A stretch of DNA of 64,000 bases from Octopus sinensis (lineage: Eukaryota). Made by a program: the position numbers and the translations under genes. The notes beneath the pieces are model-generated. The model saw only the letters and a program-made list of their open reading frames with translations. It was not told the DNA's origin and did no database searches. The stretch's first letter is position 1. Every line of letters begins with the position of its first letter. The stretch is taken from positions 45,012,001 to 45,076,000 of the forward strand of contig NC_043001.1 in the NCBI RefSeq assembly GCF_006345805.1, written 5' to 3'. Positions 51,323 to 63,699 of the stretch are shown piece after piece.

Positions 51323-51423
51323 GAATTATTTATAAAGTTTAGAATTGCAGCAATTTAAATATCATTCAGTGTTGAAGGAAATGTCATTAAACTATAGTTC
51401 TTGATGTAAACCACTCTTAATAT

Positions 51424-51637
51424 TGGTTTCAAATTTTGGAGCAAAGCCAGTGATTTCAGGGGAGGGGTAAGTCAATATAATTTACTCCAGTATTCAACTA
51501 GTACTTATTTTATCAACCCTGAAAGGATGAAAGGCAAAGTCGACCTCAGTGGAATTTGAACACAGAATATAAAGGCAGACAAAATGCTGCTAAGCATTTT
51601 GCCTAGCATGCTAACAATTCTTCCAGCTTGACACCTT
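51424..51637 (-). mobile_element. SINE family A
   Basis: tggtttcaaattttgg...gaaaggatgaaaggcaaagtcgacctcagtggaatttgaac...ccagcttgacacctt. Confidence 0.8.
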
Positions 51638-52689
51638 AAACCTCTTTCAATATCAATGATAGGCTGTAATAGAAAATGAGCTGGAACAAATAATCAGGTA
51701 TCTTGCAAGTAACTTGCATAAAAGGCTAATTCAGACAAAGGAACAAGATAAGAGTGAAAGGTGAACTCATAAATTTCCAAGTACCAATGCCAAATATTAA
51801 GAAAAGGTCTTGTATAAAAATCTAAGCTAAGGTTTCAATTCTTGGCTAAGAATCCAAGAAACGGTTTCAGCTAGAAGGATGAAGATATCAGTGGTGCTAT
51901 AGTGGTGTGGGGATTGTTTGAAGTCTCTGTTCACTAGGAAGGTTAGAGGTGAAGTGGATGACAATATAAAATACGGAAAATACTAACATTGGAGGTTTTT
52001 TATTGCTTATATCTCTCTTCCCGCTAAAGGTAAGTGCCTTTGAACTAGCTTGCAAGCCAGCAGTGTCACTATCTTAGGTGCAACACCACATGGAATTAAT
52101 ACCTGTACACTACCCATTTGTAATAACAAAATATGAACTCCTATCAGAACTTACAAACCATGGTCAAGAAGCTTCTTTACCCATTCTACACAACACATTC
52201 CTTGGATAATGGAACAGTAACTTTAATGATTCTACAAAAAAAAAAATAATAATAATGTGTCTCCTTGTTGTAAATCTTTGTGTTACCACGTGTAGCTACC
52301 ACGATTGAAAATAAGCCACTCTACTTCGTAGGGATAATTATAAGTACATCCCGAATTCTAGAAAAACCATACACACAGTTTTAGATATCAGCATGCACCA
52401 CACACGAATATATACACAAAGCGAATTTGAATCATACTCTCTTCTTTTTCGCTGAGACATTACAGTGAGTATCATGCACACATTATAAACACACCAACCA
52501 TTGACTCCTTACATTTCTTGATTGTATAATTGTATCTTTTTGTATACACACATACAATGAGGAAAGTGGGAACAGTTAACAACAATAACAACAAAAAATA
52601 AAACATCCTCCCTAATGAGTGTGCTATATCTTCACATCTTTTTTTTTTTTATCTTTTGTACTATGGCACAGATGGGCAGACAAAACAAA

Positions 52690-53560
52690 ACTGCCACGGT
52701 GTCATCCGTGGATGAACTGTGCAACAAAACTGATCGCTGTCCCAAAATAGAGCGTTGCCCAGCAAATCACATCTGTCATCTATGCACAGAACTCAAAAAT
52801 TCCTTCTGAAATAGATGGGTTGAATGCAGTAAATGTTGTGTTTCGATCTGCTTTCAATGTGTCACAAACTTTCAAAAGATCCCAGGTCAAAAAAAGATGT
52901 TTTAGCATCACTTACTAAATCCTTTGTGAGCCATTCTCCGGCTATCTATCTGAGGCTTTATATAGCCATGGTGCGGCCTCACCTGGAATTTGCATCACCA
53001 GTCTGGAACCCCTATCTTGCCCAGGATATTAATCATCTGGAAACCGTTCAGCGACATGCAACTAAAAGAATACCCTCCATCAGGCATTTGCCATATTCTG
53101 AACGCCTTACTTCCCTGGGCATGGATACATTAAAACTCCGACGTCTGGCAACCCACTTGGCAGACACCCATAAAATTATTAACCATCTTACTAACAATAA
53201 CTCTGCCTAACACCCGTGGACATGTTTACAAAGTCATAAAACAGCACAGCTCCCATGACTTTTGGAAACATTTTTTCATGTTAAGTAAGAGTTGCTGAAG
53301 CATGGAACAAACTGCTGGCATCAGTTGTTTGTTGTCAGAGCACTGCATCCTTCAAAATTTCCATGCTTCCTGAGATTTGCCAACACTATACCTGATTTTC
53401 TCGCCTCCATACACACGCAAGCATGTATCTGACTCATACACTGTTCACTTTCCAGACATTTGTACATTACTGCATATGCTTTATATGCACTTTTGACAAG
53501 TTGTAGTGCACCTGAGCACTGTATACAATAATTTCATTATTATTTTTATTTTATTAACAT
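52690..53560 (+). mobile_element. CR1-clade LINE 3' end
   Basis: LYIAMVRPHLEFASPVWNPYLAQDINHLETVQRHATKRIP..RHLPYSERL..LGMDTLKLRR; aataatttcattattatt tail. Confidence 0.9.
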
Positions 53561-54205
53561 TTTGAGTTAAGGAAGGTCTATACCATGATTGTGAGTTTCA
53601 CAAGTTTGCTTCACTACCATGTTGTTCCAGGTTTAATCCCCATTGCTCAGCACCATATCCTGTGTCAAAGACTTGTGAGCGAAATTTGATAGATGCCAAC
53701 TGATTAGAAAGTTGTTGGATAGACTATGCAGATAAATGGCCGAATAGATAAAATGGTGGGCATCTAACCATGAGGTTGGTGGTTTATATCTTGTCTGTAG
53801 CACTCTGTTGTGATAGTGGCAATGACATTTAACTTTCAAAATGGCCCTGTACAGCTAACAATAAATAAATACAGAGTTTAATTATTCCTGTCAGATAAAA
53901 AATTGAACTTCAACATTGGTGAATCACCTTTGTAATGTGCCAGAAGAGTTGACATAAATATTCCACAGGGTCAAATGAAGTCTCATTTTACAGGCTAATA
54001 ACTGATCCTTATTGCAAATATTTACAATATCCTAAATTATATTTCTACACGCACACACACACATACACAAATTTAGGTTAATTAAAATATGCCTGAACCA
54101 TATTTTAACTAACCTAAATTTTGCTTATTCTTAAACACTGCTTGGTGCTAACATTTTGTTATTTTCCTTGATCGGGTAAAATGTGTGTGTGTGTATATAT
54201 ATATA

Positions 54206-57075
54206 TCATCATCATCATCATCATCATTTAACGTCCGCTTTCCATGCTAGCATGGGTTGGACGGTTCAACTGGGGTCTGGGGAGCCCGAAGGCTGCACCA
54301 GGCCAGTCAGATCTGGAAGTGTTTCTATAGCTGGATGCCCTTCCTAACACCAACCACTCCGAGAGTGTGTGATTTTATGTGCCACCGACACAGGTGCCAG
54401 ACGAGGCTGGCGAACGGCCATGCTCGGATGGTGTTTTTTATGTGCCACCGACACAGATGCCAGATGAGGCTGGCAGACGGCCACGCTCGGATGGTATTTT
54501 TTATGTGCCACCGACACAGGTACCAGATGAGGCTGGCGAATGGCCACGATCGGATGGTATTTGTTACGTGCCCACAACACGAAGGCCAATCGATGCGGTA
54601 CTGGCTACGGCCACGTTCGGATGGTTTTCTTGTGTGCCACCAGCACTGGTACCACAAAGATACAAATTCCATTGATGTTCATCTATTTTGATTTGGTTTG
54701 ATTTTCACTTGCCTCAACAGGTCTTCACAAGTGTCACAAGAAGGAAGGTATGCACAGGTGGACTGACTACGTCCCAGGTAGGGGCCACGGGTTATGGCCT
54801 GACTAGTCTTGCCGGGTCTTCTTACGCACAGCATACTTCCATAGGTCTCGGTCTCTAGTCATTTCCTTGGTGAGACCTAAAGTTCGAAGGTCGTGCTTCA
54901 CCACCTCGTCCCAGGTTTTCCTGGGTCTACCTCTTCCACAGGTTCCCTCAACTGCTAGGGTGTAGCACTTTTGCACACAACTATCTTCAGCCATTCTCGT
55001 CACATGACCATACCAGCGCAGCCGTCTCTCTTGCACACCACAACTGATTCTTCTTAGGTTCAACTTTTCTCTCAAGGTACTTACACTCTGACGATTATGA
55101 ATACTGACATTACACATCCATCGGAGCATACTGGCTTCATTTCTTGCGAGTTTACACATATCCTCAGCAGTCACGGCCCATGTTTCGCTACCATGTAACA
55201 TGGCTGTACGTACACATGCATCATACAGTCTGCCTTTTACTCTGAGCGAGAGGCCTTTTGTCACCAGCAGGGGTAAGAGCTCTCTAAACTTTGCCCAGGC
55301 TATTCTTACTCTAGCAGTTACACTTTCAGCACACCCACCCCCGCTACTGACTTGGTCTCCTAGGTAGCGGAAGCTATCAACTACTCCTTGTTTGTCTCCC
55401 TGGAACGTGGTAGAAGTTGGTCTCTGCACATTTCCAGTGTTTATTGCTCCTGAGCATCTGCCACAGACAAAAACTATTTTCCTAGTTAGCCTTCCTTTGA
55501 CATTGCTGCACCTCTTATGTGTCCATAGCTTACACTTGGTGCACCTTATAGAGTTTCTACCTACACCTTTTTTACAGATCGAGCAGGGCCATCTACCTGA
55601 AGTCGTTTATGATTGGTCCACCTTCCTACTTATTAGGACTTTGGTTTTGGCTAGGTTGATTCTAAGGCCCTTCGATTCTAATCCTTGTTTCCACACCTGA
55701 AACTTCTCCAGTTCTGATAGTGACTCAGCAATAGAGACAGGTCATCAGCATAGAGGAGCTCCCAGGGGCATCCTGTCTTGAATTCCTCCGTTATTGCCTG
55801 GAGGACTATGATAAATAGGAGGGGACTGAGGACTGAGCCTTGGTGGACCCCAACCTCTACCTGGAATTCTTCACTGTACACGTTGCCAACCCTTACCTTA
55901 CTAGCAATCTCTGTACATGGCTCGCACAGCTCTCACTAACCATTCATCTATCCCTAGTTTCCTCATTGACCACCAGATAAGGATCGGGGGACCCTGTCAA
56001 AGCTTTCTCCAAGTCAACAAAAGCCAGGTACAAGGGCTTATCTTTGGCTAGGTATTTCTCCTGCAGCTGTCTTACCAGGATATAGCATCAGTAGTACTTT
56101 TCCCTGGCAAAACCCAAACTGCATATCATCTAAGCTACTCTCTCTCTATTAATTGGGCTATACCCTCTCCGTAACCCATTCATACCTGATCCAGCAGCTT
56201 GATGCCCCTGTAGTTTTTTATCTAGGGCGTCACCTTTACCTTTGTAGCAGTTGACTATTATGCTCTACACCAGTCATTGGGTATGACTCCTTCGTGTATC
56301 ACCTGGTAACTATACGGTGACTATGCTATAGCCGCCACTACCAGATATTTTGAGCATCTCTGCAGTATTCCTGATGGGCCTGGGCTTCCCTGTTTTCATG
56401 CTTCTAATTGCCTTAACTACTAAGGAACTGTTAACTCGATTGCTTCCCTCTGTGGGTCGACATTCGGCAGACTCTCTTTATCCCATTCATTTTGCCTCAT
56501 TCAGCAACCTTTCATAGTGGCGTCTCCAAGCCTCTCTCTTTGCATCCTCATTTAGCGCAAGTGAACCATCATCCTTGCGAACACTTTCTCTCCTACCACA
56601 TCACGATTCTCTCTCACCACTGTCTTGCAACCAAAATACCTCAAGTCTTTCATCCTCACGGTGCAGGACATTGGCAAATTTTTCTTATCTGCTTCCCCTC
56701 TGGCTAGATAGACCTGTCTCCTAGCTTCCTTCGGCAGTCTGATACACTTCCCGCTACCCCGTTCTTCCAGGCCTTCCAAGCTGTTTCTTTTGTCTAATAG
56801 CCTGTCAACAATATTGTTCCACCACCATGTTATTTTGGTCTAAGGGACTTTGCACCAGCCACAGATCTGGTCAGTGGCTTTCAGCAGGTTGTCCCTCAGA
56901 AGCGTCCATTTTCTTCTACCCCATGCGTAGCTATACCCCCTTCCATTTTTCCATTTCGTCGAAGGCTTCATAACATGTCTCTAAATCTCTGTCCGTTCGC
57001 AGGGTCTTTAAGCTTCCAGACCCTTCTTCTCCATGTTGGTCGTCTTCTAGTTGCCCTCTTAGTCCTGATCCTAAA
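54206..57075 (-). mobile_element. RTE-clade LINE, ~2.9 kb, 5'-truncated; RT, 3' UTR with ~57-bp tandem units, (GAT)n tail
   Basis: VGVHQGSVLSPLLF...ELLYADDL (RT motifs); intact C-terminal 208 aa at 54803-55429 (FRYLGD, LHGSETW, RRLRWYGHV, GRGRPRKTW); frameshifts upstream. Confidence 0.95.
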
Positions 57076-57079
57076 GTCA

Positions 57080-57116
<37 letters not shown>

Positions 57117-57269
57117 ACAATAATCTTTGGATGGAATTTATAAACATTTAATGCATCACTATGCATGTTTCAACAAATCACATGCCTCTTAAGATCACAG
57201 TCTGTATTCCTGGGATGATTACAGTGTAGTCTGTAGTATCATTAAACTGTGGCTGGCATAATGGAATAG

Positions 57270-58324
57270 GAGTTCATGGTGTTTGTGAGGTCCTTTCTGA
57301 GCCTGTCTAGTGTGTGGCCATTAGCCCCTCTTGATATTGCCAGTGCATCGTCCCTGTAGAGGCCAAACTAGTTGAAGGGAATTTCTTTTTTAGTATATCT
57401 AGGATGAAGAGATTGACTAGGTAGGTCACATATGTTGGCACTGTCAAAAGCACCCATGGCCACATCAAAGGAGCCCTCTGGGTCAGTATGTTTGGTCCAA
57501 GTGGACCCCCTACTGAGGAGTAGGGTTCTTCTGGTGTTGACTTCAGTATAGGTCCTAACGAAGCTCAGTGCCTTTAACAGGAGCTCCCTTGATATAGATG
57601 GGTAGAAGTCCACTATGTCAAATTGGGTAAACCTAGCTCTACCACTACCACTGTTGGTCTTAAACCAGATAATGACTTCATTGGTGTTGCACCATAGGGT
57701 GATGTCAGAAGTGTTTCTAAAGCTGTTACTGACCTTCCCGATGAGCCGTTTGCTCACCTGTCTGATCTCAGATTTTGCTGGGTTTATCAGCCTCCATTTA
57801 TGGTTAAAAGCAAAGTTAGGGTTATGATCCTTGATCATTATGAAGGCCTCTTTCTTTGCCAGAGTCTTTACCCTATCTTCTTTGCCTAGTTTAAAAGCTA
57901 TATCTCTGGCTTCATGGTTAATACCATCGTATGTTTGTTGGGTAGCCCTCCTGTATGTTTATGTAATGCTGTTGTTAAGGAGCTGTGCATATGTGTCACT
58001 ACTTAATGTAAATCTTTTGTTTTGTCAGAGAAGGGAATGGTTCTATTAGAAGATTTAAGCTTGCGGGTGTCTGCTCTAAGTTTAATTTGGAAAGGGTTTG
58101 AGGACTTACGGAATTTCAGGTGAAGTATTATGTTCAACTGGTCATTTTCAGAAGCCTCCAGTTCCTTGATCTTGGGTGGAAACTTCCAGGATTTAAGCCC
58201 AAAATGCTCAGTTTCAGTTTGTAGTTCGGGTTCATCAAAGTAAAAAGCCTTTCATCTCATCTGCCTGATCACTTTGATTATTTTCTCCAGCTGCAGCCTT
58301 GTATAGAGTTTGTTCTGTGGTGTT
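57270..58324 (-). mobile_element. Penelope-like element, RT N-terminal half, inverted
   Basis: IKDHNPNF...RLINPAKSEI...WFK...FDIVDFYPSIS.ELLLKAL...FDVAMGAFD...GLYRDD. Confidence 0.9.
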
Positions 58325-59450
58325 GATATACACATTATCATGCATGCCAAAAGAACCTAACTCTTCAGTAAGAGGCCTGCTTGGACCAAACACACTGACT
58401 CAGAGGGCTCCTTCAATATGGCAATGTGTGTTTTTGACAGTGTGGATGTATGTGACCTAGTCAGTCTCTTCATCCTAAATATACTAAAAAAGAAATTTCC
58501 TTCAACTAGCTTTGGTCTCTACAGGGATGATACACTGGCAATATCAAGAGGGGTTAATGGTTACACACTAGGTAGGCTCAGAAAGGACCTCACAAGCACC
58601 ATGAGCTCCCTCGAGACTGAAGGTCACTATAGAGACTAACCTGAAAATGGTAGATTTCCTTGACGTGACCCTGGATCTGGAATCAGATGACTATAGGCTC
58701 TTTAGGAAACCAAATGAGAAGTTGTCTTACATTAACACAGTTTTTGCCATCCAGCCATTGTGTTCAGGAACCTGGTTAAGGGCATCAACAGGAGAATCTT
58801 CAGCTTGTCTTCAAGCAAAGAGATCTTTGATTCTGCTGCTCTGTACTACAACCAGGCTCTGGCTGCCAGCAGTTTCAAGGATAGTATTAGTTACATACCA
58901 GACCCTAGCCCCACCAAGAGAAAGTGCCACTATAAAATACTGTGGTTCACACTGCTATTCTCTTTAAACGTTAGTACCAGAGAAGGTAAGATCTTCCTTA
59001 ATTTAGCTGATAGTCACTTCCCCCATACCAATAAATTCAACAAAATATTTAATAGTCATACCCTGAGATTATCCTTTAGCTGTGCACCTAGTGTAAAAAA
59101 AAGATTTTAGTAGGTAGGCCCAGACTCGAGACTGAGGCAGGATGCTCACTTGTCCACTAAGTGGCCACTGCAATACAGAAACAGCTGTTTACAAGGCAGA
59201 AGTAACAGCAGCAGGACCCAATGGACAACTGAGCATGCAGAAATATGTGAGTGCAACAAAAGGCCCCTTCAGAACCTGCTTTAATAACCACAAGTCCTCA
59301 TTCAACATCTCAGAGAAACATAACACCACAACCCTAGCCAAGCATGACTGGGCTTTGAAAGAAAGTACGTCAGAGTACAGCATAAAGTGGAAGATCCTAG
59401 AACAGCAGCAGGAAATGCAGATTATGCCTAGCTGAGAAGAGAGTAATTTT
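58325..59450 (+). mobile_element. Penelope-like element, RT C-terminal half plus GIY-YIG endonuclease, degenerate
   Basis: DIHIIMHAK...GLYRDDTLA...VDFLDVTLDL...RKPN...CPLSGHC..ETAVYKAEV...NNHKSSF...TTLAKH.WALK...IKWKIL. Confidence 0.9.
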
Positions 59451-60100
59451 AAAAGGTACCCAATGCCGAGATGTGTACCTGAATAGTAGGAGTTAGGTGT
59501 TTAATCCTTGCTCACATGAAAGGAAGTACATTCTATCATACCTGCATGCCCCAGCATGACTGCAACCACAGGTCCCCTGCCTCGACATTCTGCAAACGTC
59601 CTTCCACCAATGCCTGGCAAAAAGAGTTTGACCAAAGCATGACTGCACTCATGTACACAAATGCACATCCCTATAAGTCAGATAACCCACAAAATAACTA
59701 TCTTTCACCACCCCAACACATACCCCTCCACACAAACATACATTACACTCCACATGCTAACATAACCCTCTTCCATACGACTTTATCCTTTACAGAAAGA
59801 AAACAGACTAATGATCACAGCTATATATATATCTACACTTCCAGAAAAAATTATACATGTGACACCGCTACACATTTCACACATTCCATCCCTGCAGGGG
59901 CACCACATTAATAACATATACTTTCCCCACTTCTAGATAACTTTTGCCAGCTTCACAACATAACCAACCAAGGGGTATAACTCCTAACCCAATCCCCTGT
60001 ACCCTTTTTTGGTTCACCACCTTTTTCTCAGCAGCTGCTGACCAGTTGTGCTAATCCATCCCTGATAATAGAGAGCAATCGCCATATTCCCTTCCATATC

Positions 60101-60192
60101 AGCTATCTCTGATGAGCGTAAAGTTATATGATCAGATTGTTACCTAATACTCCATAGTATTCTTTGTGTGAAACCAATTGGTAAGGTCAGCT
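60101..60192 (+). ncRNA. Type I hammerhead ribozyme with intact catalytic core, downstream of the Penelope ORF
   Basis: agct-atct / CTGATGA (60109-60115) / stem II gcgtaaag:ctttgtgt / GAAA (60170-60173) / palindromic ccaattgg / TA / aggt-c-agct; predicted cleavage after 60183. Confidence 0.7.
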
Positions 60193-61261
60193 CTGATGGA
60201 TATTTAATACTATACATTTCGGATAATATACCCACTCCACTGACAGATATACGAGCACATCTCTTTAAGACTACTCATACACATGTGTATATATATATAT
60301 TCTACACTATATTTCAATTAGTTTGCTCTCTGATTCTCACCAGATGTTCTGTTCCTGAATATGAATAGTGCCAAATTTAATTTGAACTATATATCTTTTA
60401 CTACTAAACTAAAGTTAATCATATTATGAACAACTAGGTCATGCATAGAGGAGTTTAACAGTTAAAAAAAAACAGTAACTTATCCTAGCTATTTGATTTG
60501 TCTGATGATTGTTCCTAACTGCTAAGTGAATTGAAGCAATATAGAATAAAATAGTGTGCTATGCTCAGAAAGTCAATAAAATGCTTGGTGTGGATTTGAA
60601 CTCCTGATCTACAGGTACCCCAGTGTTCAACCCCTCCTGTTAAGAAACTGAGCTCTTGGCTAAATTGAGTTCACAGCTTAGTTTGACTTCAAGTTGCAGC
60701 TTGATTTGCATTAGTTATGATTTTAATCTAAAGTATGAAAATGATTAAACCTCACACCATTCGTTCTACTTTAATTTTATGGTCACAGTGTCTATGCAAG
60801 TAATTTATTACAATGACAGCGTGACATTTGGAATTCAAAGAAAGTAATGATTGTCTGTACCAACAACAATTAGCTCAGTGAAGTGTTTAATGCTATTAAA
60901 AAAATGTTTTCCCACATAAAAAAAATATATTTTCCCCTTATTATAAATAGCATTTCTTGATAGAAAGTAGAACATTATTTTCCCCTGTAATATAAATGCT
61001 GTGAATTTCAACTCATGCCTTATAAGTAGTTTGACTAATGTATTATCCACTTGGCCATCTCTCTTCATATATAATTTCTGACATGAGTGTAGGAATATAT
61101 GAGGTCCCAAGTTGAATTTGAACTTGTAACTTTTATTTTTAAATTAACATATGAATAGGATTTGAACTAAGAGAATAAAAGCTCATACATTACACATCAC
61201 AAAATATTTTGTCTGGTGCACTGTCAACTCTGTCACCTTGAATACAAACACCTTGCATGAG

Positions 61262-61440
61262 CCCAGAAATAGCAAACACATCTCCCTCAAATCACATCCC
61301 TAACATCTTAAAAAAAGAAAAGAGGACACGTTAGATAATGTAGTCCTAGATTATCCTTAAAGAGATTAGACAGACATGGTTGGAATGCCTTTGATCATAA
61401 GTGTATTTAATCAACATTGACTTAGAACTAAACAACAACC
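61262..61440 (+). mobile_element. SINE-like repeat, family E
   Basis: cagaaatagcaaacacatctccctcaaatcac...ggaatgcctttgatcata...aactaaacaacaac. Confidence 0.7.
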
Positions 61441-62144
61441 TCCCTCCTCCTGGCAGTAATTACCCCACATATCTTTCCTTTGCCAGATGAATATGGTTGT
61501 GTTTCACAGACTTAACACTAATTAAAGAAAGTCATGCTTTATCTTTTAATCATTAACTTAAACATGACTTCTAACTTTCTTACCTCACATTAACCTTTTG
61601 TTTGTAATTCTGCATGAAATATTGCATTTGTGAGATTTAGCCTCCAGAAAGTGGTAAGCAACTATTGTTGATAACATTACAATATTCCATGTATTTATGC
61701 CTCTATGAAGCATAGTGTAGATATATATATATATGTATCATAAATTTGTAAATATACAATATATAGACAAGGTGACCATCACGCAAAATTATAATACTGT
61801 TTTTAATAACAATCGACTTCAGTGAGCTGAGGAGATTTCTAACTGTGGTCAAGAAAGTTTCTAAGTTTGAATTTAGTCTGAGACTATGTACATGTAATAT
61901 ATACAAGAAATAAACACCTGATCATTAAAGGTCAAACTTATTGAAATATGATGTAGGTATAAAATATTGTAAACATACACTCTAAAGATGTGGTGTATCA
62001 CATGTACCACCAGTGGTTCATTGCAAAACTTCACATAATTGCCAAATGCATTAACAATGATACATTTTCATAATTTGAGAAAATATTTAATTCCGTATAT
62101 ATGACATGGTTTTAAGGATATTTAAATAACATGAGTGCTAAATA

Positions 62145-62348
62145 TTGGTTTCAGATTTTGGCACAAGGCCAGCAGTTTTGGGGAGGGGTAAGTCAGTTAC
62201 ATTGACTCTAGTGCTCAACAGGTACTTATTTTATCAAACCCAAAGGGATGAAAAGCAAAGCTGACATTGGCAGAATTTGAACTCAAAACCTAAAGACGGA
62301 TGAAATGCCACTAAACATTTTACCCAATAGGCTGCCAATTCACTGTCT
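62145..62348 (-). mobile_element. SINE family A
   Basis: ttggtttcagattttggcacaaggcc...ggtacttattttatc...gacggatgaaatgccact. Confidence 0.75.
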
Positions 62349-62641
62349 TTGAGTGCTAAATAAAGTTTAATTATGAAATATTGTAAAAATGCAAAAAAAT
62401 TACATTTCCTTGTGATTTAACCATATGCAGTGTCACTGGTAGGTTTCAGTAACAGGCTGTAGCAATTAATATGTTAATAACACTTTGTTTCAGAGATCCA
62501 GTAGTTTATTGGATAATGATATTACTACTATTATTTTACAGAAAGAAAGATTCTTAGTTGGAATTCAGTCTGGAATGATGTACATATATCTAGGAATACA
62601 ACACCTGATAATGATTAGATATCAAACTGATTGAAATGCAG

Positions 62642-62870
62642 TCATCATCATCATTTAATGTCCATTTTCTATGCTGCATGGGTTGGATGGTTTGACTGAA
62701 AGCTGGGGAGCTGCACCAGGTTCCAATCTGATTTGGCATGGTTTCTACAGCTGGATGCCCTTCCTAATGCCAACCACTCCAGGAGTGTAATGGGTGCTTA
62801 TTACATGCCACAAAACACCAGCATTGGCCACAACTATGATCTTACTTGGCCTGACAGGTCTTATACACTA
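62642..62870 (-). mobile_element. RTE LINE 3'-UTR fragment
   Basis: tcatcatcatcatttaatgtcc...gctggatgcccttcctaatgccaaccactcc. Confidence 0.75.
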
Positions 62871-63281
62871 AAGATGATTCCAGAATATTATAATCTTGAT
62901 AACAACTCACCCCAATGTGCTGTAGTTTAATGGACAATGGCATTACTACCTTTAGTTTAAAAATAAAGGTTCATGATTTGAATCTGGGATTTGAGATCCT
63001 TCTTCTCATCCCTATTTCAATATCTACTTTTCAATGTTTGACTGAGACAGAAGTCAACTTTGTTGCAGCAGATTTTTCTGCAGCCAGATGCTCTTCCTAT
63101 TACCTACCTGTTTCTAAGCAAGCTAATATAATCTATTGAACAACAAAGAACCTGGACATGCTTTTGCAGAGGACGTTGGCACCATTTGTATGAATGATGA
63201 CTTTTTGTTTATAATCAATGCACATGTCAAGACAAGGAAAATACACACACACACGCACGCACACACACATACACACTCTTA

Positions 63282-63481
63282 CTCTTACATGCTTCACTCA
63301 TTTGACTGTGTCCATGCTGGAGCACCGCCTTTAGTTGAGCAAATCAACCCCAGGACTTATTCTTTGTAAGCCTAGTACTTATTCTATCGGTGTCTATTGC
63401 TGAACCGCTAAGTTACAGGGACGTAAACACCAGCATCGGTTGTCAAGTGATGTTGGGGAGACAAACATAGACACAAAACAT

Positions 63482-63512
<31 letters not shown>

Positions 63513-63657
63513 CGATGGGCTTCTTTCAGTTTCTGTCTACCAAATCCACTCACAAGGCTATAGTAGAAGACACTTGCCCAAGGTGCCATGCATTGGGACT
63601 GAACCCGGAACCATGTCGTTGGCAAGCAAGCTACTTACCACACAACTACTCCTGCAC
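63282..63657 (-). mobile_element. SINE family B
   Basis: ctggagcaccgcctttagttgagc...ggcttctttcagtttctgtctacc...gggactgaacccggaaccatg. Confidence 0.85.
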
Positions 63658-63699
63658 CTATATATATATATATATATATATGCTTGTGAGTGTATTAAT

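Noticed and set aside
54375-54560. ~57-bp direct repeats superficially like a CRISPR array
   Set aside because: Contiguous tandem units without unique spacers, inside a LINE 3' UTR in a eukaryotic genome.
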